Assembly: GCA_019058295.1 (NCBI GenBank)
Contig: JAHPZI010000010.1
Span: 37,478-101,477, forward strand
Origin: Promethearchaeota archaeon
GTDB taxonomy: Archaea; Asgardarchaeota; Lokiarchaeia; Sigyniarchaeales; SOKP01
Length of the DNA: 64,000 nucleotides
Direction of reading: 5' to 3'
Shown piece by piece: positions 9,719-19,641 of the stretch. Below the pieces are notes generated by a model. That model had not been told where the DNA came from. It saw nothing but the letters and a program-made list of their open reading frames with translations, and searched no databases. The position numbers and the translations under genes are program-made. Position 1 is the stretch's first letter. Each line of letters opens with the position of its first letter.

Positions 9719-10627
9719 TTATTTTTTTAGCAACTTAAGCAACAATGCTTTTTGTAAGTGGAGTCTATTTTCTGCTTGTTGAAATACGATTGAATTATTT
9801 GAATCTAACACATCGTCCGTGATCTCAATTCCTCTATGTGCAGGCAAACAATGCATTATTACTGGGTTTTTAATAGCGTAGTTTAGTAATTCTTTATTTA
9901 TTTGGAATTTTGGCAAAAATATTTTTAATCTTTTCTCAGTCTCTTCTTCTTGGCCCATAGATACGAATGTATCAGTATATACAACGTCAGCTTCCTTTAT
10001 AGCTTCTTTTGGATCATTATAAATATGGAAAAATTGAGTTTTTTTTTCTTTTTCTAACCAATCCATCACCTCTTGATGAGGTCTATATTTTTCCGGAGTT
10101 GCGACTAAAATAGGGATATTTAACTTTACACATCCGATCATTAAGGAGTTGCACACATTGTTACCGTCCCCCACCCATGTTACTTTAATATTCTCAAAAC
10201 TGCCAAATTTTTCACGAATTGTCATCAAATCTGATAAAATTTGACATGGATGGTATATATCAGATAAACCATTAACGACTGGAACACTTGAAGCATCTCT
10301 CATAACTTCAAGGCTCTTATGTTCGTTAACCCGAGCCATAATTAAATCTACATAACAACTAATACTTTTTATCTCATCTTTTAATGCCCCTAAATGGAGA
10401 TTTGTTGTTCGCCAGTCTATATAAAGAGCGTTTCCTCCCAGTTGATACATGCCACTTTCAAAAGAGATTCTTGTTCGTGTGGATGTTTTCTGGAACAATA
10501 AAGCTATGCTTTTTCCATTTAGCTTGGAAGAATATTTATTTGGACTTTTTTTCACATCGTCAGCTAAATCTAATAAATCTAATATTTCTTTATCGGTTAA
10601 GTCTTTAATTGTTAATAAGTCGGGCAT
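9719..10627 (-). CDS. argF: Ornithine carbamoyltransferase
   Basis: STRTRISFE, HPCQ, GDGNNV, SMG and HCLP motifs. Start re-assigned to ATG 10627 (MPDLLTIKDL). Confidence 0.93.
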   Translation of the reverse strand: MPDLLTIKDLTDKEILDLLDLADDVKKSPNKYSSKLNGKSIALLFQKTSTRTRISFESGMYQLGGNALYIDWRTTNLHLGALKDEIKSISCYVDLIMARVNEHKSLEVMRDASSVPVVNGLSDIYHPCQILSDLMTIREKFGSFENIKVTWVGDGNNVCNSLMIGCVKLNIPILVATPEKYRPHQEVMDWLEKEKKTQFFHIYNDPKEAIKEADVVYTDTFVSMGQEEETEKRLKIFLPKFQINKELLNYAIKNPVIMHCLPAHRGIEITDDVLDSNNSIVFQQAENRLHLQKALLLKLLKK

Positions 10628-10646
10628 AGAATTGGTGAATTTTTTT

Positions 10647-10841
10647 TTAAAACTCTTCTCTTTTTTTCCAATTATTAACCACAAACAGCATAATCAGCAA
10701 ACTGATGATATATATAATTAGAAATAAACTCCATAAAATCATTAATTCATTTTTTTTTTCTATAAAAGCTCTAATAATTCTATAAATAAAATATATACTT
10801 AAGAGCCACAATAATTGCATTCTTAGGGTTAATTTGTCCAT
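10647..10841 (-). CDS. Small two-TM membrane protein
   Basis: 64 aa, two hydrophobic segments, co-oriented just upstream of argF. Confidence 0.5.
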   Translation of the reverse strand: MDKLTLRMQLLWLLSIYFIYRIIRAFIEKKNELMILWSLFLIIYIISLLIMLFVVNNWKKREEF

Positions 10842-10953
10842 AGTATTCTAAAAATTTTTTTTAAACAGGTATTGTTTAAAGGTATAAAGTAAGTTTTTTT
10901 AAATTATTTTCGTTAAGAAATATTTAAAAATTAATTAAAGAGGATAATTAAAA

Positions 10954-11097
10954 CTAAGCATTTAAAGCAATTTCTTGTAAAAGAATACGTTTAATAATTA
11001 TTTTTTCACTTCTTTTGATTTGATCTTGAGATGCGACTATTTCATTGATAAAAAGGTCATCTCTAAAAGAATGGCTTTTAACTTTTACTAACATCAT
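10954..11097 (-). CDS. Unannotated small ORF (47 aa, MMLVKVKSHSFRDDLFINEIVASQDQIKRSEKIIIKRILLQEIALNA)
   Basis: Manual translation; ATG to TAG, open for 48 codons in an AT-rich gap, protein-like composition. Confidence 0.4.
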   Translation of the reverse strand: MMLVKVKSHSFRDDLFINEIVASQDQIKRSEKIIIKRILLQEIALNA

Positions 11098-11305
11098 TAT
11101 TAACAAATTTATAAAACGTTTTCCTTGATTATAATTCAGATCTTTTCAATTATAAATTTTAGGGTTATAAATTATATAACTCTTTTTTTTTTTCAAAAAA
11201 AGGATTTTTGTAGAAAATTCTGAAGATTTTTTTTAAATTATTCTAATATATTATTTAAAATTAAAAGTATATAAGAAGATTAGATAATAATATTAAATTG
11301 AGAAG

Positions 11306-11515
11306 ATGTCAAAAGAAGATTCATTACCTCCAAATTGTTTCGTCTGTAATAAGAATTTTGAAGCATCTCTAGATGAATTACATTATTGCATATGCGATAT
11401 TGCTATTTGCTCTCGATGTATAAATTCAGTCAAGAAAAGCGAAAATTCGTGGGTGTGCCCCAAATGCTCTAATGAAAATGATGTAGAAAAAAGTATGTTA
11501 TTCCGAAAGAGCTAG
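11306..11515 (+). CDS. Stand-alone C4C4 RING-finger protein
   Basis: C-x2-C-x13-C-x-C-x4-C-x2-C-x12-C-x2-C spacing in 69 aa. Confidence 0.75.
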   Translation: MSKEDSLPPNCFVCNKNFEASLDELHYCICDIAICSRCINSVKKSENSWVCPKCSNENDVEKSMLFRKS

Positions 11516-11631
11516 CCCCTAAATTTTCTACTCTCCTCATTTTTAATAGGAAAATAAAATTATCATTCTACCAATGATGAAAATAAGAAATATGATTCCA
11601 AATGAAATAATCGTGGAAGGCTGAGGTTTAT

Positions 11632-12120
11632 ATGACAAAAGTCATTTCAAAAGTTTTAGAAATAGAGAATTGTAATAAAGATATTGTTTTAAAGGCTATT
11701 TACAATCCAAAGTTTTGGGAAGAAATTAGCCCCGTTGATAAGATTGAAGCAAGCTTCCCTTCTCCAAATGTTTTGCATACTGATATTGTTGATATGATAA
11801 AAGTTGTTAATATTGCTATAGAAATGGAAGGAGAACTGGTTTTAGTCGATAAGGGAGAAGAACAAGGAAAAGGGCACTTAATAGAATTTAATGTTCGAAA
11901 CAACAAAGATGTAACGGATTTAGAGGGTAATATAAGGGTAAAGGCACTTTCACCTAGTAAATCTAAGATCGGAATATTTATCCATGACTTTAAATTAAGT
12001 AGTAATTTTCTTAGTCTTTTTGGGAGCGCTACTGAATTAATTTTAAGAACAAAGATAACTGGTATTTTAAGGAATATTGAAAAATATTGTAAAACAAAAG
12101 ATTTGAAGAATTTTTTATAA
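11632..12120 (+). CDS. Hypothetical protein, possible SRPBCC/START (CoxG-like) fold
   Basis: N-terminal strand-helix ending in W..ISP, a run of beta-strands and a long C-terminal helix. Confidence 0.5.
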   Translation: MTKVISKVLEIENCNKDIVLKAIYNPKFWEEISPVDKIEASFPSPNVLHTDIVDMIKVVNIAIEMEGELVLVDKGEEQGKGHLIEFNVRNNKDVTDLEGNIRVKALSPSKSKIGIFIHDFKLSSNFLSLFGSATELILRTKITGILRNIEKYCKTKDLKNFL

Positions 12121-12240
12121 CCATTATCCAAAAGGATTTCAAGATAGTTATTTGGAAATCAATAATTGAATTTCCAAGAACTATTATGGAACTAAGGGGT
12201 TTAAAAAAATTAATATTATTAAAATGTCTTAATATAATTA

Positions 12241-13086
12241 ATGAACATCTGGATAATTGATATTAACAGCGGTACTACACTTCTTTATAAAGCTTTTATA
12301 AATTTACATATTGACGAAGATCTTGTCGCTGGATTATTAACAGCGTTGAATTCTCTTGCAGCATTTGAATTCAAGCAAGGTATCGAAGCAATCCTTATGT
12401 CTGGATATATTTGGGTTTATGTTGAAGATAGAGAAGTTGATTTACTATTTATTGCTGCAGCAAATAAAGATGAAAAAGCGGAAATGCTTAGAGCTCGATT
12501 GAACATTATAAAACAAGCTTTTATTCAAGAATATGTAAAAGATAAAGATCAATGGGAGAAAACTTGGACTGGAAACATTACTATATTTAAACCGTTTAAA
12601 GATACAATCAACGAATATTATCAAAACTGGCTTGCGGCTGAAAGCGTTACGACAATTGCAGAATTTTATGATATTTTAGGAATTTTTCAGCAATTACTTT
12701 TTGATCTATTAGGAATAGTGCAAAATCGACTAAATGTACTTTCAAAAGAAAATATTTTCGCAAAAATTGAAATTATGTTCGAAAATTATTTTGCTAATGA
12801 GTATGTAAAAAATAATACTGAATTAAGCAAAATTTCTTTTTCCAGAGAAGCAGGGATTAATATAATTACTATCAATCCCAATAACTGTGATATGCTTGTT
12901 TTGGAAAAACAGATTATAAATTTAATGAGAAGAATTGTAAAAACAATTAGAGAAGAGGTAGGTTTTCAAGAAAGTCTAAATTATTTTGTCCAAGAAGGCC
13001 TGTTTGATTATATTTTAAATAACATATCACTATTAAATCAGCTTAATTTAGACACATTCTTATTAAAACTGTTTCTGCAAGAGTAA
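12241..13086 (+). CDS. Longin-like domain protein
   Basis: IWIIDINSGTTLLYK...DLVAGLLTALNSLA pattern typical of Asgard longin-like domains; helical C-terminal half. Confidence 0.6.
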   Translation: MNIWIIDINSGTTLLYKAFINLHIDEDLVAGLLTALNSLAAFEFKQGIEAILMSGYIWVYVEDREVDLLFIAAANKDEKAEMLRARLNIIKQAFIQEYVKDKDQWEKTWTGNITIFKPFKDTINEYYQNWLAAESVTTIAEFYDILGIFQQLLFDLLGIVQNRLNVLSKENIFAKIEIMFENYFANEYVKNNTELSKISFSREAGINIITINPNNCDMLVLEKQIINLMRRIVKTIREEVGFQESLNYFVQEGLFDYILNNISLLNQLNLDTFLLKLFLQE

Positions 13087-13092
13087 TTAAAT

Positions 13093-14388
13093 ATGAACCC
13101 CGCCCTTCTTTTATTTGTTTTCATAATTTTTGTTTTAATGATTGTAAGCTATTCCTTAAAAGATCTTGATTTTGTTGCAATCTCGCTTATTCTTATGTTT
13201 ATCTGTGGGGCTGTTACAGGAATTATAAGAGGTATTGGAATAGAAGGCTTTATTATGTTTGTTGAATGGGAGGCTATAATCATCATATTAAGCATGAGTA
13301 TAATAACCAAAATCGCGCAAGATTCTAACATTTTAGAATATGTTGCGGTTAAGCTCTTCAAAATTTCGAAAGGCAATCAAAGGACTTTTTTCTGGCTTCT
13401 ATGTATCATTACAACCCTTCTGGCGTCTATCATTAGCGATGTTGTAGTTGTTCTAATTTTAGCTCCTATTGTGATTCGACTTTGTAATTTCTTGAAAATA
13501 AGAGCAGGGACTTATTTAATGGGTATGACGATATGTATAAACATTGGATCGATAATTACACCTTTCTCGTCTGGAGAAAATATTATTATTTCTACAGCAT
13601 TTGGATTAAATACACTTTATTTTATACAGTTTTATTGGATTTTTTCTTTTGGTTTATTATTTCTAACAATCTTTCTCATAGATAGATTTATCTTAAGTAA
13701 GGAACCAAAAATTGAAGACATGCAAAAAAAATTTGTGTTAGAATTAATTAACACAGATGTTATGATTAAAAATAAGAGAATGTTTTACATTAATTCAATA
13801 ATAATAATAATTACTATTGTTTTATTTGCTGTGCTGCCTTTACTTTATTTAACCGCAGCTATTTCTGCTTTAGTACTTGTTCTTATAAATAAGAAATTCA
13901 CTAAAAAAGAAATGAGTGGGCTTCTAAAAGATATTGAGTGGCCGATTATTTTCTTTTTTATTGCGTTATATGTTGTTATTGGCTGTTTAATTGAAGCGGG
14001 GTTTAGAGATTTAATCATGATGTTTAAATTTAAAGAGTATAATGTTTTTTTGGTTTGTTTGGTCATCCTTATAGTGGTTAGTTTGTTATCTGGACTCGTG
14101 GCAAACACCCCAACTGCATTAATTTTCATACCAATTATAGATACATTAATCCTATTGGGATTTCCACCCATTCCGCTTTTGTTTGCATTAATTATTGGAG
14201 TGAATCTCGGCGGTAATTTTTTACCTCAAGGAGCGGCTTGTGATATGATGACGTTAAAGATCGCCCAAGATTCAGGAGTAGAAAACTTTAGCTTTAAACG
14301 CTTGTTAAAAACAGGAGCCGTTTTTGCATTCATCCATCTTGCAGTCGCAATTTTATATTTATTTATTCTAGTTCTTATATTTGGATAA
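13093..14388 (+). CDS. ArsB/NhaD/SLC13 (ion transporter superfamily) permease
   Basis: About 11 TM helices; NIGSIITPFSSGENII and GVNLGGNFLPQGAAC repeat motifs. Confidence 0.85.
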   Translation: MNPALLLFVFIIFVLMIVSYSLKDLDFVAISLILMFICGAVTGIIRGIGIEGFIMFVEWEAIIIILSMSIITKIAQDSNILEYVAVKLFKISKGNQRTFFWLLCIITTLLASIISDVVVVLILAPIVIRLCNFLKIRAGTYLMGMTICINIGSIITPFSSGENIIISTAFGLNTLYFIQFYWIFSFGLLFLTIFLIDRFILSKEPKIEDMQKKFVLELINTDVMIKNKRMFYINSIIIIITIVLFAVLPLLYLTAAISALVLVLINKKFTKKEMSGLLKDIEWPIIFFFIALYVVIGCLIEAGFRDLIMMFKFKEYNVFLVCLVILIVVSLLSGLVANTPTALIFIPIIDTLILLGFPPIPLLFALIIGVNLGGNFLPQGAACDMMTLKIAQDSGVENFSFKRLLKTGAVFAFIHLAVAILYLFILVLIFG

Positions 14389-14442
14389 ATAATAGAAGGA
14401 TAAAAAAAAATTTTTAAAATTTTAAAATCTCATTTCTCACAG

Positions 14443-14772
14443 TTATAATTGCTTATAAATGTAAATCCGCAATACAATGATAATTGGATCCAATATAACT
14501 AAAAATAATAAAAACGCATTAAAGCTAAGTATTAGCAAAATAGTACCTATAATCGCTCCGATAAGGGGAAATATGATACTTAAAATTCCAATAATTTTAT
14601 TCTCGCTTTTCAATTGAACTAAAATTCCTAAACATGCATAAATAATACCGAAAAGGAGCATCCCCATACCTTCAAAAGTCATCCCATAAATTAATGGCGC
14701 AATTAAATGTAAAATCCCAGTTAATACTAACAAAATTACAGATATTAAATTTATTTTTTCCTGAGTTTCCAT
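14443..14772 (-). CDS. Small 4-TM membrane protein
   Basis: Four hydrophobic segments; likely start ATG 14772. Confidence 0.65.
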   Translation of the reverse strand: METQEKINLISVILLVLTGILHLIAPLIYGMTFEGMGMLLFGIIYACLGILVQLKSENKIIGILSIIFPLIGAIIGTILLILSFNAFLLFLVILDPIIIVLRIYIYKQL

Positions 14773-14940
14773 TTTTACATCATTTTTTATTTGATTATAC
14801 AAAATAGATTTCTAAGAAAATAGGTTTTTTTGAAAATTTAATTTTTATTGTATTCTATTAATTTAATAAAAATAAGAAATTTCTTTTTTTTTAAAATTTT
14901 ATTCAAATATAATAATTAAATTTTTACTCAAGGTGATTAT

Positions 14941-15741
14941 ATGACTCACATATCAGAGTTATTTAAATTAGATGGAAAAGTTGCTCTTGTTACCGGTGGC
15001 GGGAGAGGATTGGGATATTTTTCCGCGGAAGGGATGGCCGAAGCAGGGGCGGATGTGGCTATTTGTGGAAGAGATATCACCGGGAAGTTAGATAATGCTG
15101 TTGATAAATTAAAAAAAACTGGACGAGATTGTATATCAATTAAGTGTGATGTAACAAAAGAGGATGAAGTAAAGCAGATGGCAAAAAAAATGAAAGATTA
15201 CTATGGTAAATGCGACATTCTTGTAAATAATGCCGGAAAAGGCGAAATAGCACCGTCTAAAAATTATAGTTTAAAACGTTGGAATAATATGATTAATACA
15301 AATATAACAGGGACCTTCTTATGTTGTCGAGAGATAGGAAAAATGATGATAAAACAGAAAAACGGAAATATTATCAACTTTTCTAGTGAAAATGGACAAG
15401 TAGGATTTTCACTTGGTATGACGGCCTATGCTACAACCAAAATAGGTATTGTTGGTCTAACGAGATCATTAGCAGTTGAATGGGGGAAGTATAACATTAG
15501 AGTTAATGCCATCCTCCCAGGTAACATGGAAGAAGGTATGATGGAGTACCTTCAAGATAAAGAGAGTTCAATGTATAAAACGGTTGGAGTTCCTTTTCTA
15601 GATTTAACTCCAATACGAAGATTTGGTAAAGGAGATGATATTAAAGGAACGATTGTTTTTCTAGCATCAAAGGCAAGTAGTTATATTTCAGGGGCAAAAA
15701 TCGTAGTTGATGGGGGGTTCACTATTAATGCTGGGATTTAG
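14941..15741 (+). CDS. SDR family NAD(P)-dependent oxidoreductase (gluconate 5-dehydrogenase/FabG-like)
   Basis: TGGGRGLG, NNAG, YATTK, NAILPG, VDGG; upstream GGTGA Shine-Dalgarno-like sequence. Confidence 0.92.
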   Translation: MTHISELFKLDGKVALVTGGGRGLGYFSAEGMAEAGADVAICGRDITGKLDNAVDKLKKTGRDCISIKCDVTKEDEVKQMAKKMKDYYGKCDILVNNAGKGEIAPSKNYSLKRWNNMINTNITGTFLCCREIGKMMIKQKNGNIINFSSENGQVGFSLGMTAYATTKIGIVGLTRSLAVEWGKYNIRVNAILPGNMEEGMMEYLQDKESSMYKTVGVPFLDLTPIRRFGKGDDIKGTIVFLASKASSYISGAKIVVDGGFTINAGI

Positions 15742-15882
15742 ATTCTATAATATCATTTTTCATTAATTGGTATCCGAAAATATTCTTTACGCAATACTCC
15801 TTTTTATTTTCATTATTATCCTATTAATTATTAGTGTTTTTTTAAATATCTTTTTTTTTCGAAGAAATCTTTTTATACAATT

Positions 15883-17280
15883 ATGTCCCTTTTAATTAAT
15901 ATGAGAAATCCTAACAAAAATTATGATTTAATAGTTGTTGGAGCAGGTGCAGCGGGTTGTTTATTCAGCCGTAATTTAGCCCGAGCGGATTATTCGGTAT
16001 GTTTGGTTGAGAAAAGCGATCGCAATGCATTAAGTCATGACTGGTGGGATGTTGTTGCGACTTATATTTTTGATAAGGTTGATATAAATCATCCTGAATC
16101 TGACGAATTATTTAAAGTAGGGAACTTTATTTTCTGCTCACCTTTGGATTCGATACAGGTTAAGATTCCTCCATTTGAAGAAACTTACAACATAGACCGC
16201 CGTAAATTTACCACTCGTGTATTGAATGAGGCGATAGAAAATGGAGTTAATTTTTATGATAATGTAAATGTAATTGGACCAATTGTTAATGAGGAAACAC
16301 ATACAATAATCGGTGTAAAACTTGATAATTCAAAAACTATTAAAGCAAAGTTGATAGTGGATTGTTCTGGATATGAGGGCGTCATTCGTTCTAATATTCC
16401 TTTTGAGACGGATTTTGATAAAAATATCCGAAGGGAAGATACTTCTATAATATACAGAGAAATTAGGAAGAAATTACCATCAGTATCAGATTCACATGAA
16501 ATTGTTTTCGTTGGTAAAAATCAGGGAATTTCCTGGGTTTCATTTCACCAAGACAATTATGTAGATTTCCTTGGAGGACATACCGATTTATCATCAATAA
16601 AAATTTCTCCAAAAGAAATGGTTTACGAGTTGATTGAAAAATACAAGAATAAGTGTGGAACTGAAATTGTTATGGGAGGGTATGAAGCCCCTATCCCCTT
16701 GCGTAGAGCTCTTGATTCTTTTGTTGATAATGGTCTTCTAATTATAGGGGATGCTGCTTGTCAAGTTGATCCCAGTACTGGATCAGGTATTGCTAGTTCA
16801 TTATATGCTGCCAATATTGCTTCGAATGTTGCACTTAATGCGCTTGAAATTGATTCTACTAAAAAAGAAGATCTATGGTCTTACAATGTTGAATATCACC
16901 GCTCAGAACTTAACCAAGAATACTCTTCTAGTGATATTGCAATAAAAAATTTTTTTAATCTATCAGAAGAGGAAGTAGAATATATGTTTGCAAATGATAT
17001 TATGGATTTACGTGGAGTTTGGGGGTCGGGTGATAGAGCTAAAATTATAAAGAAAGAAAAATATAGACCGAAAATTTCAGTAAGATCTAAGATTTTAGCT
17101 CATTTAGCTAGATTTGCAGAAACTGACAGTAAAATAGAAGAAATGAAAGAATTTTGTAGGGAATACCCTGAGGAATACAATCCTGAAACTTTTAATGCAT
17201 GGCGCGAGAAGATGAATAATTGCTACATAGTAAGGTACGATTCAGAGGAACCACCTGAATCTGAATTAATAATATCCTAA
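15883..17280 (+). CDS. Geranylgeranyl reductase-family flavoprotein (DGGR paralogue)
   Basis: GAGAAG FAD motif, IDRRKF, VDCSG, IIGDAACQVDPSTGSGI. Confidence 0.8.
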   Translation: MSLLINMRNPNKNYDLIVVGAGAAGCLFSRNLARADYSVCLVEKSDRNALSHDWWDVVATYIFDKVDINHPESDELFKVGNFIFCSPLDSIQVKIPPFEETYNIDRRKFTTRVLNEAIENGVNFYDNVNVIGPIVNEETHTIIGVKLDNSKTIKAKLIVDCSGYEGVIRSNIPFETDFDKNIRREDTSIIYREIRKKLPSVSDSHEIVFVGKNQGISWVSFHQDNYVDFLGGHTDLSSIKISPKEMVYELIEKYKNKCGTEIVMGGYEAPIPLRRALDSFVDNGLLIIGDAACQVDPSTGSGIASSLYAANIASNVALNALEIDSTKKEDLWSYNVEYHRSELNQEYSSSDIAIKNFFNLSEEEVEYMFANDIMDLRGVWGSGDRAKIIKKEKYRPKISVRSKILAHLARFAETDSKIEEMKEFCREYPEEYNPETFNAWREKMNNCYIVRYDSEEPPESELIIS

Positions 17281-17511
17281 GTTTTTTCCCGATCTTTCTC
17301 TGTGGTTGATCCCATTTTTGTGGGAATGTCCTTTTTATATTTAAAGGTTGCGAAGATTAATAAATGTGAATTTTCTTAGAAATATTAACAATTTGTATTC
17401 AGTCCATAAGAAAGAAATCTAATAGATTTTGAATTTATTTAATTCAATAATTAATTCAAATTTTAGAATCCCTTTCTACTAATAAAAAAAAAAAGAAGTG
17501 AAATATAAAAA

Positions 17512-18546
17512 ATGACAAATATAGAGACTATTAAGAAATTCGCTACAAAAGTCTTAGCAAGTGAAAGTATAGAAATTGGAGTTCCTTTAGTACTAGAAGA
17601 AATCACCTTCATTCCTATAATCAAGCATGAAATTCCACGAGATGAACGAGATTATCTTTCGTTATCCGAAGCGCTTGAGGAAGGTGCTTGTAAAATAACT
17701 GATAAAGGAACTGAAGTAGCACATATTCTCTTTGAAAATATTAGTGAGTTTCCGATTTTAATCGAAGAAGGAGAGATTTTTAAAGGTCAAGGAACTCAAG
17801 ATCGAATGTGTGTTGGAACCATAAAAGTGGAACCAATGAAAACAGTAGAAATCCCTGTGAAATGTGTACATGCTCCTCATCACTTATCATCGGGAGCTGA
17901 TTTTAGATATGGTGGAAAAGCAGGACGAGGTATGTTAAAGGAACTTCGGTCATTAAAGTTTTCACATGCTGTAAATAAAGCTCCTGCTTCAACAATAGAC
18001 CAAATGCGTGTATGGGATCAAGTTCATTATGAAAATGCTATGGCAGATGTTGCTGACAATACAAAATATACCGAAAATGTTGAAAAGCGCCGGGAAAGAG
18101 CAGAAAAAATAGGTAAAAAATTGAAATTCCCAACAAATACAGTCGGAGTTGTAGTAGTTAATCCAGAAGGTGATGTAAAAGGATTAGAAATCCATCGAAC
18201 TCCACATAATTTCAAAGTTCGAAAAGATGGAATACTTGAATCCATAGAAGCAAACATCTCATGGGAAAAAAAAGGCAAGGGACCTTATAAAAAACCAAAG
18301 GAAAAAGTCCGGGGTATATTTGAAAAACTTACAAAACTTAAGGAAAACAAAGATGCTCAGAACCAAGTAGAAATTGACGGAACTGTAATCAATATGGATG
18401 AGATCACAGGTGAAGCTTATACAACAACATTTTATTCTAATTTTTGTCCCAAATGTAATGAAACTAAACCCCGTCAAAAAGTATGCCCAAATTGTGGTGC
18501 AATAGAAGAAGAAAATGATGATCTTGCGTATATGAGTTTGATGTAA
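17512..18546 (+). CDS. ARPP-1/DUF6569-like domain protein with C-terminal double zinc ribbon
   Basis: YLSLSEAL, ILIEEGEIFKG.GTQDR, IPVKCV and Q.RVWD motifs recalled for this family; CPKC...CPNC tail. Confidence 0.65.
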   Translation: MTNIETIKKFATKVLASESIEIGVPLVLEEITFIPIIKHEIPRDERDYLSLSEALEEGACKITDKGTEVAHILFENISEFPILIEEGEIFKGQGTQDRMCVGTIKVEPMKTVEIPVKCVHAPHHLSSGADFRYGGKAGRGMLKELRSLKFSHAVNKAPASTIDQMRVWDQVHYENAMADVADNTKYTENVEKRRERAEKIGKKLKFPTNTVGVVVVNPEGDVKGLEIHRTPHNFKVRKDGILESIEANISWEKKGKGPYKKPKEKVRGIFEKLTKLKENKDAQNQVEIDGTVINMDEITGEAYTTTFYSNFCPKCNETKPRQKVCPNCGAIEEENDDLAYMSLM

Positions 18547-18627
18547 TTAATTATGGCACTTTATAGTGAAGTAAAAATTTTTCTTTTTTTTAATAAGTTT
18601 AAATAAAAAAAAAATTAAAAAATTTGT

Positions 18628-18819
18628 TTATTCTTTTTGTTTTCTAACTATGTAGGGGTAAGTATCAATGAGTTCAAAAGTATCGGGATAATCTAACTTC
18701 CATCCACGGTTGTTAAGAATTTTCTTCTTAATTCTTTGTCTGTGTAATACCTTTCTACTAATTCTATCTCGAGGGTATTTACCCTTTTTTTTTCTTTGTT
18801 TTCTACTTACAAGAGACAT
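18628..18819 (-). CDS. Small highly basic protein
   Basis: 63 aa, Lys/Arg-rich N-terminal half; directly downstream of the co-oriented 18862-19641 gene. Confidence 0.55.
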   Translation of the reverse strand: MSLVSRKQRKKKGKYPRDRISRKVLHRQRIKKKILNNRGWKLDYPDTFELIDTYPYIVRKQKE

Positions 18820-18861
18820 GCTATTCCAGCATTGGAATTAGCCACCTCAATTTTTATTTTT

Positions 18862-19641
18862 TTAATCTACCCATTTAACTCCGTTGAAAATTTGATTACC
18901 AGAAATGGCTGAACTTCTTGCTTCATTATTCCTTACTACTCTGAACCATCCATGTAATTTTAAAGTCTTATGTTCAATGTGAGAAATTTTTTCAGTAGCA
19001 AATTGATCTCCTCTTATATTAATTAATAGATCAGCAATATGGGAGTTTTTTCCTCTCCAAGAGTTGATTCCTAATTGCATTTTCTTTTCAATTAAATTTG
19101 AATTATCTTCAATAATCATAATTTCTGCAGGTGTGGCTGGGATAAAAAACCATTCCCCTTGTCTTTTTATCCTATTGGTATCTTTTTCATTTTCTAAGAC
19201 TGCATCAGGTTTCAACACCTTATGAGCATCTTTAATTTTATTAACGACTCCTAAGTTTTTTGGTAATTCTGCGATAAATAAATGCGATTCATCCATTCCC
19301 ATTAAGTATTTTCTAAGAAAACCAGAGTTTTTCCGAGTAACATATTTCCAATCATGCTTTTTTCCATCCCAAATTCTAGCTCTATATTCCCTTTCAGGTT
19401 CATTAACAAGTAAAATGACTTGCTGATTCTTAGAATCTGTGTCAATAACTCTGATATCATTTTCTGGGTGTCCATAGTAAATTCTAAAATATTCTCTTTT
19501 TCTTCCGTTTTTACCCCGAGTGTCAATTGTCATTTGAAAAATATCGTTATTATTAACAGACAAAGTCATAGAACTTAGGGGTTCCTTTTCAATTTTTGCA
19601 GGCACTCTTGCCCTGTCAAACCATTTCTTTAAATCTTGCAT
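18862..19641 (-). CDS. Hypothetical protein with C-terminal RQG...H...HxEH beta-rich domain
   Basis: KRQGEWFFIP, NSHIAD, SHIEHKTLKLHGWFRVVRNNE. Confidence 0.7.
   Translation of the reverse strand: MQDLKKWFDRARVPAKIEKEPLSSMTLSVNNNDIFQMTIDTRGKNGRKREYFRIYYGHPENDIRVIDTDSKNQQVILLVNEPEREYRARIWDGKKHDWKYVTRKNSGFLRKYLMGMDESHLFIAELPKNLGVVNKIKDAHKVLKPDAVLENEKDTNRIKRQGEWFFIPATPAEIMIIEDNSNLIEKKMQLGINSWRGKNSHIADLLINIRGDQFATEKISHIEHKTLKLHGWFRVVRNNEARSSAISGNQIFNGVKWVD

Noticed and set aside
10628-10684. N-terminal extension of argF in the ORF track
   Set aside because: Overlaps the upstream ORF; homology starts at MPDLLTIKDL (ATG 10627).
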